In this document: one piece after another, positions 30,277-46,164 of the stretch | Layout of the letters: each line of letters begins with the position of its first letter | How positions within the stretch are numbered: the stretch's first letter is position 1 | Assembly: GCF_009914755.1 (NCBI RefSeq) | Contig: NC_060926.1 | Length of the DNA: 64,000 nucleotides | From: the human T2T-CHM13v2.0 reference genome, Homo sapiens | Strand: one strand, 5' to 3' | Translations under genes and position numbers: made by a program | Notes under the pieces: generated by a model | The model's database searches: none | What the model saw: only the letters and a program-made list of their open reading frames with translations | Told to the model about the DNA's origin: nothing

Positions 30277-31000
30277 TATCATATTATTAGAGTGATAACC
30301 TTGAATCTGCTTACCTTTTAAGCAAGTCAATAAATATGTTGGCACTTTACTATTAGTAATCAGTTATTCACACACCACTACATATTGGGACACACCACCC
30401 ATCTTGCTTGGGAGAGAACCTGGTACCCCAAGAGGAACCATGTAGAACCAAAGAGGTTCTTCTGACACCCTCACTCCCACCCAATCCCTTCCCCTCACCC
30501 CACATCAGGCTCCTGGTTTTCATTTCTATTTATTCTTTCTTGAAAGCAAATGGTGCTCAATGGCCTTGTTTGGCTCTATATGCCATGGGTCCCAACCATG
30601 GCATGGTGTCCAAGTCATTCACAGTCAAAAAAACATAATCCTACAGTATTTCCTGAGTCTAGGCCCTAGAGAGTCACTTATCAAATGCTCTAGACAAATC
30701 CATCTTCCCTATCTATTAATGAGGGAGCAGTAGTCATAACCTTCTTTGAAACATCAGAGAATGACAGTTTCACAGCCTTTTCTGACAACAAAAGAAGAAA
30801 TCATAAGACAGTCCATAAAGGTAGAGTTTCATCTTTTAAAATAAAAGAAACACAAAGAAGCAAGCCTTCCCATGACTGGGGTCTCACATGTAGACTCTTG
30901 ACATTGCCATCAACCAGTTTCCTTCAAATAGGCTACATCCTTTGCACCTTCTACAAGGAATCAAATCAATTCACGATAGAAAAATTGAAAGAAAAATTCA

Positions 31001-31355
<355 letters not shown>

Positions 31356-32749
31356 TCAGCCATTCTCTCAATCAAGACACCACAGGCTTAAAAGGGACAA
31401 AAAGAATAAGTGGTGGTCAATGCCAATTATATTTGGCTCAAAGTTCAGTTGACTGACACAGTCAATTAGCCACAGCAGTGGAGAGGACCAGTTGAACAAA
31501 ATGGCAAACCACAGATAATCTGCCCGTCTATGTCAGAGCTACAGAACCCTTGCCCCAAAGCAGGTGAATTTTCAGTAAGAAGTAGAGTCACTGGTCACAC
31601 CTGGAGCAGCAACAGAAGGGAAGGCTGGAGCAGGAGTCCCAGCCCAGCTGTGCTGAAGGTTCCAGGCCAAGAGACAGCTTTTTCAAGAGTTCACTAGTGG
31701 TCAACTTTCTATTAAATAAGATAATTACACTGAACAAAGGAAAAACACAGATAATTCCCACACCACATATCCATTCTTCCCTGGATCCCCAATGTGGGGT
31801 GGGAGGACTATTTTTAAAGATGCTCTGGTAAAAGCAGCCACAGGACAGAGGCTTGGCTTACTCTCCTCTCTACGCCCAAGACAATCCTCTGATTTGAATT
31901 CTTCAAAATAGTACTGAGAATGTCTTTAAGTGACTGCAGCTAATGAAGGGTTATTTGAACATTTTGATGCAAGATAGGTCCTTGGAGAACATCTTGTCAA
32001 CCTTCCTTACTTTACAACGGAAGGAACTGAGCCCCGGCGCTCCTCAACCGTCAAAAGGCATAGAGTTAAGAAGTATATTGGTGGGGCAGGGGTGAAACCT
32101 AATGGCAAGAAGCAAAAGTGAAGTCTGAGGAGATTTGAGAGTGAAGTGCTTTTATGACTTTCAGAATGACCTTAAACAAGTCCACAATTGCTCAGCAGTC
32201 CTCAGATGCTTCATCTGAAGGAACTATTGTGCTGAACTGACAGAGTTGCTGTAAGGAGAGCACCAGGTAAGTATATTATACAGGTATTATTGTTTCCCAA
32301 GCCAAAGGCAAGCTTCTAAAGTCAGCGAGGGCTCCTGGCCGGCCATATCCGCAGAGACAGGCATGAACAACTTAGATCAAATATTAATAAGTCTAAATTT
32401 CCAATGCAATATTCATATACCTGCAGGTGATCTTTTTTAAACAAATCTTCACTCAACCAGCCCTACTATCAGAAGCTTCCATTAAGCCACAATAGCCCAT
32501 CTGTACATGTTAAAAATATGATCCCTATGGGAGAAGATTAAAATAACACAACTCCAGTTGCTACAAGTATTTAAGGAAACAATGCACACCATTGTTTTAC
32601 GAAGTTTTCAGAAGGATTAGTTGAATCTTCAAAGAATCTGCAGATTTCCAAATCTGTGATAAAAGAAAACCTCACACTGAAAACTCCTAACATTAAAGAG
32701 TCACTGAACTATTGCTCAATATTCTTTTAATCTAAATTTACTATATAGT

Positions 32750-33800
32750 CAGATGTTTATTAATTCATTTGACAACTATTTGCCAAGATCTTACTAAGTG
32801 CCACTTCCAGTTCTAAGTACTGGGACTGTAGACCAGAAACCCCTGCTCTCACGGAGCTGACTTTTAAGTTGGGGCAGGAGTAAGGGGGAGAGGTAAATAC
32901 AGATAAAAGCAAAATTACAAAATATAATACATAGTAGTAGTTCTCAGACTTCAGCCTGCTTCAGAACCCTTAGAGGGCTTCTTAAAACACAGATTGCTGG
33001 GCCCTACCTCTAGAGTTTCCGATTCAGAAGGTCTAGGGTAGGAGAACACAAGAGTTTGCATTTTTATCAAGTTTATGCTGCTGCTGCTGCTCTAGGAGCA
33101 CACCTTGAGAGAGCCACTGATAGAGAGTACGCTGATGTGTACAATAAAGAAAACAGAGCAGGGCAGGGAATACAAAATATGGGGTGGGGGGGGTTACAAT
33201 ATGAGGCCTGGAAGTCTCACTGATGTGACACTTGAGCCAAGATCTGAAGGAGGTAAGGAAAAGAGTATTCCAGAAAGAAGGAACAGCCCATGCAAAGATC
33301 CCGGGGCAGCAGCATGCAAGGTAAGGAGGCCAATTTGACTGAAGAGGAAGATGTAAGAGTTGAAATCAATGACATAATGAGGGGCCAGATCTTGTAAGGC
33401 CTCACGAGCCACCTTAAGGATTTTGACTTTCACTCTGAAATGGCAAGGGGTTGGAGGGTTTTGAGGAAAGGCATAATACAAGTCAACTTAGTTTAACAGC
33501 ATTAATCCAGATGCCGTGTAGAGAACAGACCACAGAGGGGCAAAGGCAGAAGAAGAGGTCCTTTTAGGAGACCACCATAATAATCCAAACAAGAACTGAT
33601 GGGTCTGTGGACCAGGATGACAGCAGGGAGCTGATGAAATATGGTCAACCATAGGATTTACTAACATATTGGATAGGATGTAGGGTCCAAGAGAACGACA
33701 AGGATCGAGGAATATCAAGATTTCTGGCCCATTCAATAGAAGAATGGTTCTCCCACTAAAAGAACTGGGAAAGACTGTGAGAAGCACAGTTCAGGAGCAC
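32750..33800 (+). mobile_element. L2 LINE remnant with a nested MER5-like element (about 32935-33120)
   Basis: L2-type phrases (ttcatttgacaactatttg, gaacagcccatgcaaagatc, aaggattttgactttcactctga); strand given as the phrases read, not verified. Confidence 0.65.
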
Positions 33801-35896
33801 AGGGGTCATAGAGTTCTCTATTAAAGTTATCCACTTGTTAGAGTTGCAAGGAAATTTGAGAGCCTAAGCACATCATTTTACAGGTGATACAAACTATGGC
33901 CAGCAAAGGGTAAGGACAGTAAGTTAATGACCACGGGGGGCCTAGACTGGCTACTGTGTCCTCAAGTGTACTACATACAATCAAGTGTTAAATCATATTC
34001 CATAGAATGTAAACACAGGTTAACACTATTTAAATGTCCTAAAAATCTGTAATCAACATATGATACATGCAGTAACTTATAAGATGTTATTGACCAAAAC
34101 CTATTTACAATACATATTTAAAATTTATCCCCATTACAACCTATTCAACTAGTCCTAATGTGGATAACTTAAGTTACCCAGGTATAGGCATTCCCTTCAC
34201 ACTTAACACATTTTTTAAATTTATATAGTTGACTGTTTAATGTGTCACCTAAACTATAAACTCCATGACAGTAGACACAATGTCTCCATTGCTTACCACT
34301 GTGTCAGCTGAGAGGACTGTGCCTAGAACATAGCAAATGCTCAATAAATACCTGTCAACTAACCACTGAGGATACACTGAAACCAAACATCTAATGTTTA
34401 CCTTTTCTCCCACAGAAGGAGCAGGCTATACAAATGGAGGTTCTGGGAAAAAGAAAAATGAACAAAAAAATAAGCAAAGGACCGAATTGCTCTGCTTTCA
34501 AGTCTAAAAACTCTTATTTTAGGCAGACCTCCGTAGCATTTGGTAATATGTGAAATTTAATAATGAATTGCAGGCCCTTACAGGAAGGAAAAAAGAGAGG
34601 GAAGGAGGGAGACTGAGTCCCATCTGCCTCATGCCCCCCTAGACACTCTTCTGTGAAGCTCAACCCTGTCCCCCCTGCAGCTAAACGTGCAGAGCTGAGC
34701 AAAAATTCCAGCAGGGGAGTAGAGCAAAGTGGTTCTCCTCCACCAGGTTCACCCAGTAACATTTCCTTAAGCTGTTGCTCAAACAACTGCTAGCAGCTGT
34801 TAAAGCATGAGAAGCTGCTTACAATCTCCCCAAATATTTCTCACTGATGGTGTGCAGCTGGAATGAAAAACTCAGTTTCCAGAACTGAGTACATTCTTGG
34901 TTCATTCTAGAGCTTTTATCAAATGTTACCATTTGTCGAGATACCAAAAATCAGGGAGCCACATTAATTTACTGTCCTTATTCACTTATGCCAAAAAAAA
35001 ATTCATGTATGAGAATTTTGTCGTAATTCATCAAACCATAATTCACATAGTTATAAACTGTTCCTGAAACTCAAAACAAATATTTCGGTTCACTATAAAG
35101 CACTTGCACCTCCCCCGACCCCAACAGATTTTAATTTTCATGTGTATTCTATTTTCTGAGTACAACCAGTGCCTCTTCATTCATGTTCTCTGCTTCACTC
35201 TTCCTTAACTTTAGCCTCATGGCTTGCAGGCTAGGGCAGTGCTTGTCCAAAATCAGAAGTGATATTCCCCATTAAAAACTATTTTCAGCCTTTACAATAT
35301 GCAGTAGTATACATACCTAAATATTTAAAATATTTCTGCCTCCCTCCCTGCTAAGCTGATATATTCTTACTCATTTCAACTCTCAGCTATGCCTTACATC
35401 TGTTCTCTTTGCCACCAACAGGCACATGTACTTGCATAACCTGCTGCTGAGACAGGGTGTCTCGCGTGCCTCTAGGCAGAGTGCACTGACCCAAAGTTCA
35501 GGAACACCTGCCATGTATCAGGTACCATCTGGGAATGCCGCGATGAACAACACAGTTTCTCCCTCTGGGAAGTATCCAGTCTGAAGGGAAGATGGGAAAG
35601 TAAAGGCCCAATGTCAGTGCTGTGTCATAGGCTAGCTAGAGTATGGCCAGAACCCTTGCAAACCACCAGGGTGAGGGGCTTAACCTGGTGCAGGTGGGCA
35701 TGGTGGAGGAAATGATCATGAAAGGTTTCTCAAGGAAAGAATTCTTCATGAATAAGTCATGAAAAGAAGTTACTCAGGTAAGAAAGGGGAACCCTGAACA
35801 AGAAGCTATAAGCATTTCAAGTCACAGCAGAAAGCACTTGCAGACATGACCAGAAAAACAGGCAGGTCCCTCATCTGCCATTAGTAGGAAGCTGGA

Positions 35897-35938
35897 GCTT
35901 TATTCCATCAACAATGCTTTATTCCATCAACAATGCTT
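35897..35938. repeat. 19-bp tandem duplication (GCTTTATTCCATCAACAAT)x2
   Basis: Read directly. Confidence 0.9.
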
Positions 35939-36964
35939 ATAAACTTTATGCAAGAGGAAGATACAGTCAGATCTACACTGCAGATTCTTCATTCTGGTGA
36001 TATTGAGGAAACTGATGGGAAAAAGAAAAGAGCAAAATAACACGGCAGGAGGTCAGATGGAGTGCCTAAGGCCTCGCACCTCCCTAGCCACCGTGAGCTT
36101 ACCACACCCTAAGTAATTAGAGGACACCATCCCAATTTCAATACGAAAGCAATGAGTTAGCAAATTCTAAAATAAAATGTGTTTTAACTCCTTTAATGCC
36201 GCAGTATATTCTCATTACACAAACGTGCAAAATGAGGCACAGAGAAGCTAAAGCTATAACTTGGTTACACAGCTAGAAGGAGCAATGCCAGGACTGAACT
36301 ATGGCTGTCTGGTGTCAGAGCCCATGCTCTGGGCCAAGGTGCTCATAAATGTGATGACATCATTTCCTGATTGGATGCCTCCGGGGCTTTCAGCGCTTTC
36401 CCACACTAATCAGAAGCTGACTCCAGCGCTGCTCGGGTGCCTTGCTCAAAGCAGCAGCCTCTCTTCCCTACAACACAAAAAATAACTCTTAAACCCCTAC
36501 CCTCCCCATCAAAGTGCACTTTATGAGGGCCAAAGGCCACAGAAGGAAAATGAAAGAACCTAGCAGCTATGGGTGTAAAAACTCAACCACCTTGCCCATC
36601 TTCCTCTAGCTCCTTAATGGATAACGCCTAAGTGACAGAAGCAAGTTAAGTTTCATTGCATGTTTTCCTAGCACTTTTAGTCATGGGGTTTTCAGTGTTC
36701 AAGATGCAGATTTAAAATGAAGATGTATTCAAGGCTGATAAGGATATTATCTCCCTCCCAGTAAATAAGAGATGCTACCCAAAGTTCTACCAATGTACCT
36801 TGGACAGTGAAAAACCCAGGGCATAAGCTTGATTTGAATGGATGCACATACGTGAGGCATTTTGATGGTAACTTTCTAGAGTTCCAGGCTGCTTTCGCTC
36901 AGTACCAGTTTTTATTTCTGTTATGTAAAACCAGGGAAGGGAAATTCACATTCACACACATAAG

Positions 36965-37330
36965 CACTGTCTTTGTGTATTGGGCCTACTATAACAAAAT
37001 ACCTTAGACTGGGTGACTTAAAAACAACAAAATCTTATTTATCACAGTTCTGCAGGCTGGGAAGTCCAAGATTATGGCATCGGCAGATTCACTATCTAGT
37101 AAGGACCCGCCTTCTTGTTTATAGATGGTGCCTTCTGTTTGTGTCCTCACATGGTAGAAGGGCACGGCAGCTCTCTGGGGCCTCTTTATAAAGGCACTGG
37201 CCCTACTCATGAGGGTTTAGGCCTCATGATCTTATTACCTCCCAAAGGCCCCACCTCCTAACACCATCACATTGGTAATTAGGGTTCAACATATGAATTT
37301 GGAGGGCACACAAAATTCAAACCACAGCAC
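36965..37330 (-). mobile_element. MaLR solo LTR (MLT1A/MST-like)
   Basis: ataacaaaataccttagactgggt...ctgggaagtccaagat...aaggccccacctcctaacaccatcacattgg. Confidence 0.85.
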
Positions 37331-38169
37331 ACACACACCTAAAAGGCAAACGTAAGTGAAAATGAGCATGAGATCTACCTTACATAATGTAGTAGTAAGC
37401 TTCTACAAAGTTCTTTATAAATCAAAGGTGTTGAAATCAACATTTTTATAGAACATCAAGAGTAGCCACTATTTTTTTTAAATCTTAGATTAAAAAGATT
37501 AGCAGAAACCACCTCAAAGTGATCTGTTTCATATGAATTTCTGTTTGCTCAAAATAGTGTCTCTCATTAATTCTGGACAAACAGGCTTAGTCATTTGCCA
37601 AAGCACTAAGCTCTTCCTGACAATATGACAGGGCATCAAATTGGAAGATAAAATGCTATGCCGTGGGAAGAACATGACTTTCGAGTAGCCACTCCCCCTT
37701 CTATCACACAGTGCAGCAAAACCTATTACATTTTCCAAGGCATCCAAGTTGATTATCAGGAAGTTACACACACTGGACCTCTAAGCATAGAAGGTACAGT
37801 AAGAAGGAAAGCATTTTCTCTTAAACCCTGAGTAGGCTGTCCTCAGGTTCTAATTCACTACATCAAACCTGAAGTTTTCCAGTCTGAAAAGAGTGTGGTG
37901 TCATTATTGAGCTTAATTCTATACCAAATGACGCTTAGATGGCTGCTTCTCCTATGCCCTGAAACCTTACCAGGGACACCCTTGTGTTTCAGCCTGAAGG
38001 AGCAAGGAGGAAGAAGGTGCTGAATATGTTCCCTGGCCCAAAGGGGAATCGATTTATGCAGAGACACAGAAGAGCTAGTGATCGCTGGGGTATATTCCAT
38101 CTGAAAGTGAGGTCATTTAAATCCAGATTTAAGGTCCTCCTCCTGGAAATCCCATAGATGTGAGTTGAC

Positions 38170-38375
38170 AGTTTCTAGAGTCAGACTGTCCAAACCCAAA
38201 GCATGGCTACACCGCTTATTCTACGTGTGACCTGGGCAACTGACTTCCCCACTGTAATTTAGTTTCTCCTATGTAAAATGGATGCAATAGTACCTTCCTC
38301 ATGGAGTTGTGCTGAGGACTGAATGAGACTCAAAGCATTCAGAATCCAAAACCTAGCCTGACACACAGGAAGCAC
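38170..38375 (+). mobile_element. MIR SINE
   Basis: gtgtgacctgggcaa...tgtaaaatgg...gttgtgctgaggactgaatgag. Confidence 0.7.
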
Positions 38376-40054
38376 TCAAGACACATTAGTTCCTGATTTT
38401 ATACCCACGTTCAATAGAAATGTACATTCTTCCCAGAGAATTTGGACTGTGTTCAACAGAACCAGGCTCATTATCCTATCCACCACACTTCTAGCTGCAT
38501 AATAAAGTGAGGGTTTCTCATGGTCTAAATCAGGCCCTTTAATCTTCTGTTTTCTGATAAAAAGTTCTGAAAAAGGGAATTTATACATATGTAAAAGTGA
38601 GTGTTTCCCCTAAAAAAAAACAAAAATCATTATGTTTTCTATTAGGATAGCAAAAATGCCCTTTCTTAAAAACAGTGCACACAATAATATTCTCAAGGTG
38701 GGCAATGTATATTACACTCAAAGAAATAAATGCAAACTTAACTTCTCCCCTGCTTAACTTTTATTTCAAACTACAGGGCCTCAGAGGCATAAAGATACAA
38801 AGGGGAAAGAGCAAAAACAGACTGGGTAAAAACAATGTATTATTTGTCCAGGTAGCAACAAAAAGGGACCGTCTCACCCCTGCCGTTGCTGAGTCTCCAC
38901 ATTCCACTCTTCCCCCCGATCTCGCCTGTTTCACCCACCGACAAGGATGCCAGTAAAAGACCCAGAGACTCCTGGTCCTCATTTTTGTTCAGGCAGCAAC
39001 CAAGTACCTGACCAAGAAAGTCAATCTCCTATAAAATGAGGACAGCAGTAACATCTACCTTTCCAAGGAGACATTAAAAATGCTTTAAGGCAATAACCTT
39101 ATATTATAGTGAACACTTTAAAAATTCAAACTTTAAATACTGTATTAGTTGGATGTTATGATCAGGTCAGAGAATATGGGAGAAATTAAATGTGAATTCT
39201 AGAAAGCCACAGTTCCAGAGATGCAGAAGCTGTACATTTAGGTGCCTGTCAAGCAGCCACCATACATCTGGGAAATGGCCATTCCAGTTTGTGTTATTAT
39301 ACAAGCATGAAGTCGCATACTCAAAAAGATACCAAGGAAGTCCCGGATGGCTGGAACACAAAGTCCTCAGCACATGCCAGGCATAGAAAAGGCACAGCCC
39401 TCTCTACACATCAATTCACTTAATTCCCACACCTACCCTGTGCAGGGGCTTCCTGCCTGAGCCCTTCTGAACTCAGCAGCCCGCACAGTGCAGGCACGTA
39501 CTGGGTCACAACAGACTCCTCGGCAGTGAGGAAAAACCCAAAGGCCTGTGATGGAAGGAAAAAGCCAGGAAATCTTACCTCGGGGATTCTTACTGGGAAA
39601 AAGAAAAGGACAATGTGTTCCAGAAGGCTCAGGGAGAGGCTCGGATCATTAATCTGACAAGAATAATGGGATGAGATGACTGGCAGAGGACCAAGTAACA
39701 GAATAAGGCAGGGGCTGACCAGCCTTCACATTTCAAAGGCAGTTCACTGCTATTTTGACCCTTTTAGTGAGAAATCATCATTTCATCATAAAACAGAAAA
39801 TTAGTTGTACTTCCTTATCATCTTAGAGCAAGATTAATGGCAAGTTAGCTTCCAAATTCCATAATTAATAAGTATTACCTTTTGATAAGTCATAAACTCT
39901 CCTCAGAGCTGAAGCTCTTGCAGGACAATTTGAGGGTCACATGATCTCCAGTCAGTGCAAGGGAGTATCACTGTGATCCTGTTAGTCGTAGTAACAGAAG
40001 TAATAGTAGTAATAGTAGCAACAGCAGTAGCAGCAGCAGCCATGGTAGAACAGC

Positions 40055-40290
40055 AGTTATTGATATTTACTGCTTGCCTATTATGTGTTGGCCACTGTTA
40101 AGATCACTGGACCTTGATTTCATGAAAGAAGATGAAGTAGTTTATATTTTTACCCTTCTTTAAGGAAACTGAGTCTTAAGAAGGTTTGGTAACTTGCCCA
40201 AGGTGGTACAGCTACTAAGTGGTGGCCTCAGAATTTCGATCAAGTCAGCTGACACCAGAGCCTGCACTCTGAACAACTAGACTGCTTGGG
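40055..40290 (-). mobile_element. MIR SINE, preceded by (TAG/CAG)n low-complexity sequence
   Basis: aggaaactgag...aacttgcccaaggt. Confidence 0.7.
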
Positions 40291-41333
40291 GCTGGACAGT
40301 TTGAAATCTTTGCCCACAGATGTCTCTTAGCTGTTACTTGTTTAACTGAAGTACTTTTTCAAACTGTCCTTAGCCTATGGGATAAGGTCCACTCATGAGG
40401 ACAAAATATGCACACACAAAGCACTAACTCAGATGGCTCAACAACAAAATCCAGCCTCCACGATGAGGAGAGGCACCAGAGTCGGGGGGTGGGGGTGGGG
40501 GGCAGCAGATGAATCAAGAATTGCCAAAGATTGATAATTATTGAAACTAGGTGATGGGTACAAGTGGGCTCATCTTACGCGTCTCTGCAATGACAGGGTC
40601 ACTCCAGTAGAGGGAATGACTGTCTAGCCAAAAAATGCCAAGAACACTCCCCCAAGAAACCATGAAAGCTAAAAGGATTGCTGAGACAGACTTTCAACGA
40701 CATGGGTAAAGCAAGAGTTAATATGGGCGTGGCTACATCTTATCCCAGGCCTTTAAGGTTACTCTAGGGCCAATAACAAAATAGAGGCTTTGAACACGAA
40801 AGGTGCTCACCTGATATTGTGTGTTCATGTAAAAGACATTCATTGCATCCCCAGCCTACCAGCTTTGTCAAGAATAGCCATGTTGGGTCAGAGTTAAAAA
40901 CAAAATAAGGCCCAGATTTTTAATGTTCACAATTCTTTCAGATACCTCTTAAGAAATAAATTAGTTTTTAATTGATGTGTATGATGTTTTAAATTTTCAA
41001 ACCTATCGAAAAATGTTTTTACAAGTGCATTTCTTGAAGTTATATGAGTATTACCATTATAAAATGTGAAAGGTAGAAAACATAATAAAATTGAAAATAA
41101 AATTATTCTTTATCAAAAAGCTATGTACTAAAATGGCATTTTTCACAGGATGATCTAATGACTTATCAAAACAATAAGGAAAATATGTTATCCTTCGGAC
41201 CCAAACATTCTGTAAATATCATTCTGAAAAGAGATTACATGCATTTATTCATTTCTCAGGAATGATTCTACATTCCTTGAAACTGTAACACTTCCGTAAT
41301 CAAGTAAAAAATTTTTCTATTTATCAGCTTTAC

Positions 41334-41389
41334 CTGCTATTTGTACTGAACCATCCTCACCCAGAAGAATATTACCAGCTTTCAAATCC
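41334..41389 (-). CDS. STK39: STK39 exon 5 (56 nt): (R)DLKAGNILLGEDGSVQIA(D); catalytic loop
   Basis: Acceptor ttttctaatAG|G, donor CAG|GTAAAG; phase 2 to 1. Confidence 0.96.
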
Positions 41390-41465
41390 CTATTAGAAAA
41401 AAAAATAGAAAATAAATTGTAGGGTACAGACTTTATAGTGTATTGATTCACTCAGGAAGATTTTA

Positions 41466-41857
<392 letters not shown>

Positions 41858-42274
41858 GGTATAAGGATCCACCTGTCACTTTATAGTTTACTCGTGGGGG
41901 AGAGTTAGGATTTTAGAAAGAAATATTTTCTATGAAATAATTATCCAAATTTAATTAAATCATCAGTAAATAGACTCTCTATTTTATGCTTCAGAGTTAG
42001 ACACTGCCCATAAACTCACACTACTGTCATTCTACCAAGTATTAAAGCCCAGTCTATGTAAAGCTCCTCTACTTCCACTTAAATTTGGGATGCAATTCCA
42101 ACTTAATTATCTTTCTGAAAAATGAACTTCTCTCTGGTGAGAGACTGATTATAAATACTAATTATAATAATAGATATTATATTTCTTCACCGTATAAAAC
42201 CTGTGTAATCTTAGTACTTTGAAAAATGACAACTTGCAATTTATAAATTTGATTTCTAAAGTAACTTTTTTCTA

Positions 42275-42640
<366 letters not shown>

Positions 42641-43142
42641 TTATTAGTATTACTGGTAAATGGCTATTTACTTGCAATAATTCCTAAGAGCCCAAGTAGC
42701 ACTCACTCACTTGAAACATCAAGCACTCATATTCTATGTGATTTGACTATGTAAAGAATTAACATTTTATGTCACAAAAGAAGATGAGTACCTCTTCCTT
42801 CCCTCTCACCACCACATCAAAAATAATTCACATAGTACAATGTTTGGATAGTCTTGCTTGTATTAGAAAGATAGAGATGCTGTCTAGTTCAACTAGTATA
42901 ATTCAAGAGTAGTTACCAAAACTGATCTTTTTAAATGAGTCCATGTAGTCCTTTTTAGATTCCACTCTTATTTCAGTGAAAGCAACTGAAGCAATCCCAA
43001 GGATACCAATATAATTCATCAAAATTTATTCTCTTGTTTCTTTCTTAAGTACTTTTTTCCCATCTATTTAGACTAAGTTAAAGTAATGTCAATACCTGCC
43101 TGCAACATGTGTTTCCTTAACATTCTTTACAAACTAGGGCTG

Positions 43143-43474
<332 letters not shown>

Positions 43475-43841
43475 TCAGAACAAGACTCCATTATGTATAA
43501 AATTTAATAGAAACATCAAAATATGGGCTTTATTTAATGCAAATATTCCCAAGGCAAACAAACAATTGAATGGGGGCCCCATGACCAAAAACACTAAATC
43601 CAAGTTTGCAAGAGCACTTTCAGTGTGAATTTAACGAGAAGGATTCTGGGTCAGGGACCAGAAGGCTGTTCATGGCTGTTCCATGGCTGGTTCCTTTTCT
43701 GGTTACAGTATTTCTCACAAAAATTCCTAAGAGCAACCCTCCAAAGAGGGTGCAAAAAGTCTGAACTGACAAAGAAAGGAGTATGAGGCCAGGAGAAAAG
43801 GCAGAAGTGAACTGCTGAGAGAAAAAAAACACACTCTTTGA

Positions 43842-44288
<447 letters not shown>

Positions 44289-45639
44289 TAACACTTACAA
44301 TAAACAAACAGATACCTAGTACTTTGTTACCATATACAGATTAGTATCCTTGGCACTGTGAATTCATGTTTCAACACATATTAATTAGTATTCCAAACCC
44401 CTGGGTCAGTTTAAAAGCCAAAATTACCTGGGGGTTTGACATTTCTGAAGAGTTAACAAACGGCTTACCTCAGGACCTGAATTTGGCTCTAGGCTCTTTA
44501 TAATTAACTAAGAGGATTGAGCTTCCCCATCAGATACAGCTGCCTGCCCCTCATTAAGAGATTCAATGTAATGAAATAGAAGAAAACAAATGCATATTTT
44601 TCCCCAGAGGAAAAAAAAACCTCTGTTTATTTGTTGACTCTTAGATTTTTGTGTCATTTAAAAAATGATAATTCCAAAAACATTTTCTTTTTATTGTATA
44701 AGGATATACCATACCAGGCATGCATGCATTTCTGTCCTGCTAAAAGAAAAATGAACAAGAGTCCACGTCTGCCCACGTCCTTACCTGTGGAAACCTGTTT
44801 AAAATCTGTTCTTACCTAAAGCCCAGAGAGGCTAAATTGGACTCAAAAAGACAAAGAAATTTTCTGTCAGATCCTCCTCAGAAAACAGAAGATTCTCAGC
44901 TTCATAAAGCAAAAGGTAAAATCTTCAGCTTGAGCAGAGCATTTGGGACTATTCAGGGTCTCAAGTCATCAGAATTTCTCATTTCCTCAGAGTTGGTGGA
45001 ACCCCACAAAAAGAGAATGCCTTAAGATCATCTTGTTGGCAAAGCGCAAGTTCCTCTGCTGAATAAAGGGGCAGTCCCAGCACTCAATACTGCAGTCCAG
45101 CTCTGGCAGGCTTCCTTTTTCTTTTCCTTTTTCTTTTTTTCTTTTTAATTAAAAACTGAAGTAGGCACTCAAGGAAACAATGACTAATAAGACTGAGGAA
45201 GACTGAAAACAGAACAGAACTAAGCTCCCCAGGGCTCCCCACCGAGACCTACACAAGCAGACCCAAGCCAATTACAATGCCTTCGTCATCTCATTTTTGG
45301 GCTTCTGCTTGATCCAAGAGAGTTTCCTTTTTAAAAAAGGAAAACATTAAAACACCTCCCTCGACATCTGCAGATTAAAATAGGCTCTATCATATAAATT
45401 CTGCTATGCTAGTTTTGGGTTGTCCAGGCACAGCAAAATGTTCTCCTCTGATCCTAAACCATACTTCATGTCTCAGAAAGATACCCAGAGAATCAAGCCC
45501 TCGAAAGAGAACACACCAGAGATGTGGGTATGCTGGGTGTTCCCAAGGAAATCACTTGGGCTTTCTAAGCTTCAGTGCCCATGTCTGCAAAACGAAGGTG
45601 TAAATACTTGCAGCACAGCATACAAATTTTTAAGTCAAC

Positions 45640-45870
45640 AGATGTTAAAGTCACAAATTCCAGCACCAACATTTACTATGTGTGTGACCTTGGGCAAGTT
45701 GCTAAACTCCCTTGAAATTTGGTGTAATTTCTGAAAAACAGGGATGGTGACACAGGCCATTCAGGGACACTGTGAAGATTAAATGGGATAAGGTCAGTAA
45801 ATTGCCTTGGACAGGATCTAGCCACAGAGTAAGTGTTCAAAAAAGGCAACGGTTATCATTATCATTCCCT
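45640..45870 (+). mobile_element. MIR SINE
   Basis: tgtgtgaccttgggcaagtt...tgtgaagattaaatgggata. Confidence 0.75.
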
Positions 45871-46164
45871 CTCTGATAGTGATGTTAGAAGATTAAAAGA
45901 AATAAAATACAGGATGTGAAAGCACCTTGTAAATTAAATTGTCAATGGCTTGCATCACTGCAGGGATCTGAAGCTAGAGAGAGGAAGTGACTTTCCCTTC
46001 CCAAATGCAACAATAGGATGACAATAGTGCCATTTCTGATCAACACTGCAAGTGAATATGTAGCACACATTTCTCCCCATGTCAACTGAAACCACATTTA
46101 GTGAGCACCTACTGGGCGCCAAGTTCAATGAATTCAAAGTGCATTAGACAATCTTCACAAAGTC

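Noticed and set aside
40484-40502. G6-T-G5-T-G6 tract on the + strand
   Set aside because: Only three separate G runs, so not a canonical three-tier intramolecular G4.
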